From the IMG/VR virus record IMGVR_UViG_3300025715_000009, positions 324,269-388,268 of that record: a DNA stretch of 64,000 nucleotides; one strand, 5' to 3'. This DNA is from a virus. Lineage: Duplodnaviria > Caudoviricetes. Position 1 is the first letter of the stretch. Each line of letters begins with the position of its first letter. The translations under genes were made by a program, and so were the position numbers. This document shows positions 61,422-64,000 of the stretch, one piece after another. Below the pieces are notes generated by a model. The model had not been told where the DNA came from. It saw only the letters and a list, made by a program, of their open reading frames with translations, and did no database searches.

Positions 61422-61940
61422 TTATTCTTCATTTACCTGTATACAGGGCACCCCATTCTCTTCAAGGAATTTTATACCTCTTGTATCCCTTTCATATAAT
61501 TTATTATAATATACGTTTTTTATTCCTGCTTGTAATAGTGCTTTAGCACAATCAATACATGGAGACCAAACAACATATACATCTGATCTATTTGTAGATA
61601 TACCATTTTTGGCAGCAAAGATTAAAGAATTCATTTCACTATGAACTTCGTTCTCTATAGCAAATTGATGATGTTCCTCTTTTATATCTGTGGAATTCAT
61701 CCATTTATCAAATTCTTGATCATAATCACCAGGCTCTATTCCAGATTTTACTATGTCAAATTTTTCTTGAAAATGATCAATGCAATGTTTTTGGCCATGA
61801 GGAACACCATTCCACCCCATTGAGATTATTCTTTGATCTTTTACAATTACTGCACCCACTTGAATACGGGCACAAGTAGAACGCCGTGCTACTTCTTTGG
61901 CTATTCGAATAAAAAGTTGATGTGTTCCTATTCTTTTCAT
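61422..61940 (-). CDS. dCMP deaminase
   Basis: RSTC.R.QVGAVIV, G.NG, HSEMN, SPCIDCAK. Confidence 0.92.
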   Translation of the reverse strand: MKRIGTHQLFIRIAKEVARRSTCARIQVGAVIVKDQRIISMGWNGVPHGQKHCIDHFQEKFDIVKSGIEPGDYDQEFDKWMNSTDIKEEHHQFAIENEVHSEMNSLIFAAKNGISTNRSDVYVVWSPCIDCAKALLQAGIKNVYYNKLYERDTRGIKFLEENGVPCIQVNEE

Positions 61941-62170
61941 TTTTCACCATCCTATAAATTTTTCTTGAAATGATTTTTCTTTTGCAAATTTAACAAAATC
62001 TTCACTTTTACACATTTTATTATGAATGATATTATCCTCTATATAATAATACATCATCATTGGAACACTAATTTGAGGAAATTCTTTTCTTGCAAGATCT
62101 GAATCTAATTCTATTAGTGCAAATAAATAATCTTTGTCGTTTTTATATGTATCTAAATATTTTTTCATTC

Positions 62171-62392
62171 CTATTTTAATTCTCTCCACTCAAATCCCTC
62201 AAGATAATCTTGGCATATGTTATCAATACAAATTAATTCGCTGTGATGTTTTTTGCAATAATGTACAGCATATTTTTTTACTTTATTGTCTATTAATTTC
62301 AATTCTAATAGATGGTATAAACAATTTGAGCATGCATAACCTAATAATAATTTTTTTGCTTGTTCACTTACTTCCATAAATATGCCTATCAT
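62171..62392 (-). CDS. small Cys-rich AKxLLL/CxxC family protein
   Basis: AKKLLLGYACSNC...C...NICQDY. Confidence 0.7.
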   Translation of the reverse strand: MIGIFMEVSEQAKKLLLGYACSNCLYHLLELKLIDNKVKKYAVHYCKKHHSELICIDNICQDYLEGFEWRELK

Positions 62393-62604
62393 GTTTTATA
62401 GTGTCTAACATTTCTATATAAATCATAATAATCTTGACATATGTTGTTGGTATTATTTATATAATTATTTGTTATTCTACAATGATAATTGAAATATTCT
62501 GTTTTTTCATTATTACGTATTATTTTAATTTTTGGAAAACGATGTAAACAACTCATACAATTATGACCTAATAATAATAATTTTGCTTGTTCATTTACTT
62601 CCAT
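62389..62604 (-). CDS. small Cys-rich AKxLLL/CxxC family protein
   Basis: AKLLLLGHNCMSC...C...NICQDY. Confidence 0.7.
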   Translation of the reverse strand: MEVNEQAKLLLLGHNCMSCLHRFPKIKIIRNNEKTEYFNYHCRITNNYINNTNNICQDYYDLYRNVRHYKT

Positions 62605-62798
62605 AAAATATGTTCACTGTGTTCTGTTGTGTCCTCTTCCCAACAATCGCATATATTATCTAATGTCTTTAAGATCATATCATTTTTCTTACATTTCCAA
62701 CAAGAATCATTAATAGGATAAAATAATGCTCTAAAATAAATGCAATTCCCACAATTATTTCCTAATAATAAATGTTTAGCAGCATGATCAACATCCAC
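62595..62798 (-). CDS. small Cys-rich AKxLLL/CxxC family protein
   Basis: AKHLLLGNNCGNC...C...NICDCW. Confidence 0.7.
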   Translation of the reverse strand: MDVDHAAKHLLLGNNCGNCIYFRALFYPINDSCWKCKKNDMILKTLDNICDCWEEDTTEHSEHILWK

Positions 62799-63651
62799 TT
62801 ATATTATCCTTGTTATGATGAGCAAACCAACATTGTTCTCTTAATGGGCATAATTTTGCTTTTTGTATATTTTCTTTATTCTCCTCAAGAATTTGTGATA
62901 ATGATTTTTCTTTTAATGAGCCTAATGATTCAACTATACGATGAGATTGACATAGACGAACCGTAGCATCTGGCATAATAGTAATTTCATTTTCAACTGC
63001 CGTGCATTGATAATCTTCTTTTGTTATCCATTTTAGTAAATAATCCAAGTTTTTTTGAGTTAATATACCATGCTTATTTAATAAAGAAATATGATCACGA
63101 CTTAATGGTGGCCATGTAAATTGCTCATTATTATAATAATAACCTTTTTGATATATATTAAAGTAGGGTTGTTTCATTTTTGGATAGAGAGATAAAAACC
63201 TTTGCATCGTTAGAGCATCTATATCTAAAAATGAAATATTATATTGGCTAATTGTATATGATAGACGTTGAATAGTGTTTTTTGATTTAAAGGTATTTAA
63301 TAAATAAATTAAGTTAGTAGTATAAGGTTTTCTGCCTCTTATAGTATCATTTAAAAATCCATCCCAATGAATAGATAGATATGGGATTGTTCTATCATAA
63401 GATAGTAATTTATCTACATCTTCAAGATATGTTGTAAGAATATAATTTTTATTTTTAAATATATCTAATATTTGTTTGAAATCAGGTCGTAATGTTGGTT
63501 CTCCTCGAAGGATAAAAAGATCTTGTTCATTATATAATGATTGTATAATTCCTCTATCTAATTGTTGTTGAGAGATAAGAGATGGTTTATTATAAGATAC
63601 GAAATAATCATTCAAGAACAAGGATATTTTCATTAAAACTCCGCTACCCAA
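62788..63651 (-). CDS. degenerate radical SAM/SPASM-domain protein
   Basis: GEPT.RPDF, SI..DG...D.IRG, C...ITIMPD.TV.LC...LGSL...C....C; CxxxCxxC absent. Confidence 0.6.
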   Translation of the reverse strand: MGSGVLMKISLFLNDYFVSYNKPSLISQQQLDRGIIQSLYNEQDLFILRGEPTLRPDFKQILDIFKNKNYILTTYLEDVDKLLSYDRTIPYLSIHWDGFLNDTIRGRKPYTTNLIYLLNTFKSKNTIQRLSYTISQYNISFLDIDALTMQRFLSLYPKMKQPYFNIYQKGYYYNNEQFTWPPLSRDHISLLNKHGILTQKNLDYLLKWITKEDYQCTAVENEITIMPDATVRLCQSHRIVESLGSLKEKSLSQILEENKENIQKAKLCPLREQCWFAHHNKDNISGC

Positions 63652-64000
63652 GTCATATTATTATGTTGCAGATAATATTCTATCCAAGATTGTTTTTCTT
63701 GTTCATCTATTGCAAGATTATTTGGTAATATAAAATAACTTTTATATGCCTTAGGATCATATTCTTTTTCAGTTGTCATTTTAAATTTATTTAAAATAGA
63801 ATATTTTGAATTAAACATCTTTTCAACAAATTTTTCATTTGTTGTTTTATCAGGTCCAATTATTTGTATATATATCATTATTTTCTCCTGGCAATAGTTT
63901 CAACATTTCTAACTTTTTGTTCTAATGCTCTTTTTATTTTTAACATTTCAGTTGACATCATAGTATATTTAACTAATAAATCATTATATTTTTTAGTAAG

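Overview
An AT-rich, densely coding window, almost all on the minus strand, from a large (jumbo-type) bacteriophage using the standard genetic code. 1-25 kb: small early/accessory genes plus guaC, rIIA, a GGDEF diguanylate cyclase, a deaminase, a tyrosine phosphatase, an LRR protein and a short plus-strand island (endonuclease, hicBA, OGFr-like gene). 26-41 kb: an unusual tRNA region with about 30 tRNA or tRNA-like genes. It includes three group I introns at anticodon position 34/35 (two near-identical, endonuclease-bearing copies in different tRNA-Lys(UUU) genes, and one in Leu(UAA)), two split tRNA genes that each enclose an endonuclease ORF plus a second nested tRNA, a circularly permuted tRNA-like gene, several unassigned structured RNAs, two RNA ligases and free-standing endonucleases. 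42-64 kb: a REC/HD-GYP protein, gp32-like SSB, DnaE with an N-terminal UDG-like domain, and a predicted cytosine-hypermodification cluster (two thymidylate-synthase-fold genes with the dCMP-specifying Asp, a kinase, a carbamoyltransferase, a UDG-like gene, dUTPase and dCMP deaminase). Three recurring promoter-like motifs and two short peptide motifs shared by many small proteins were also seen. All calls come from manual reading and folding; no database search was run.
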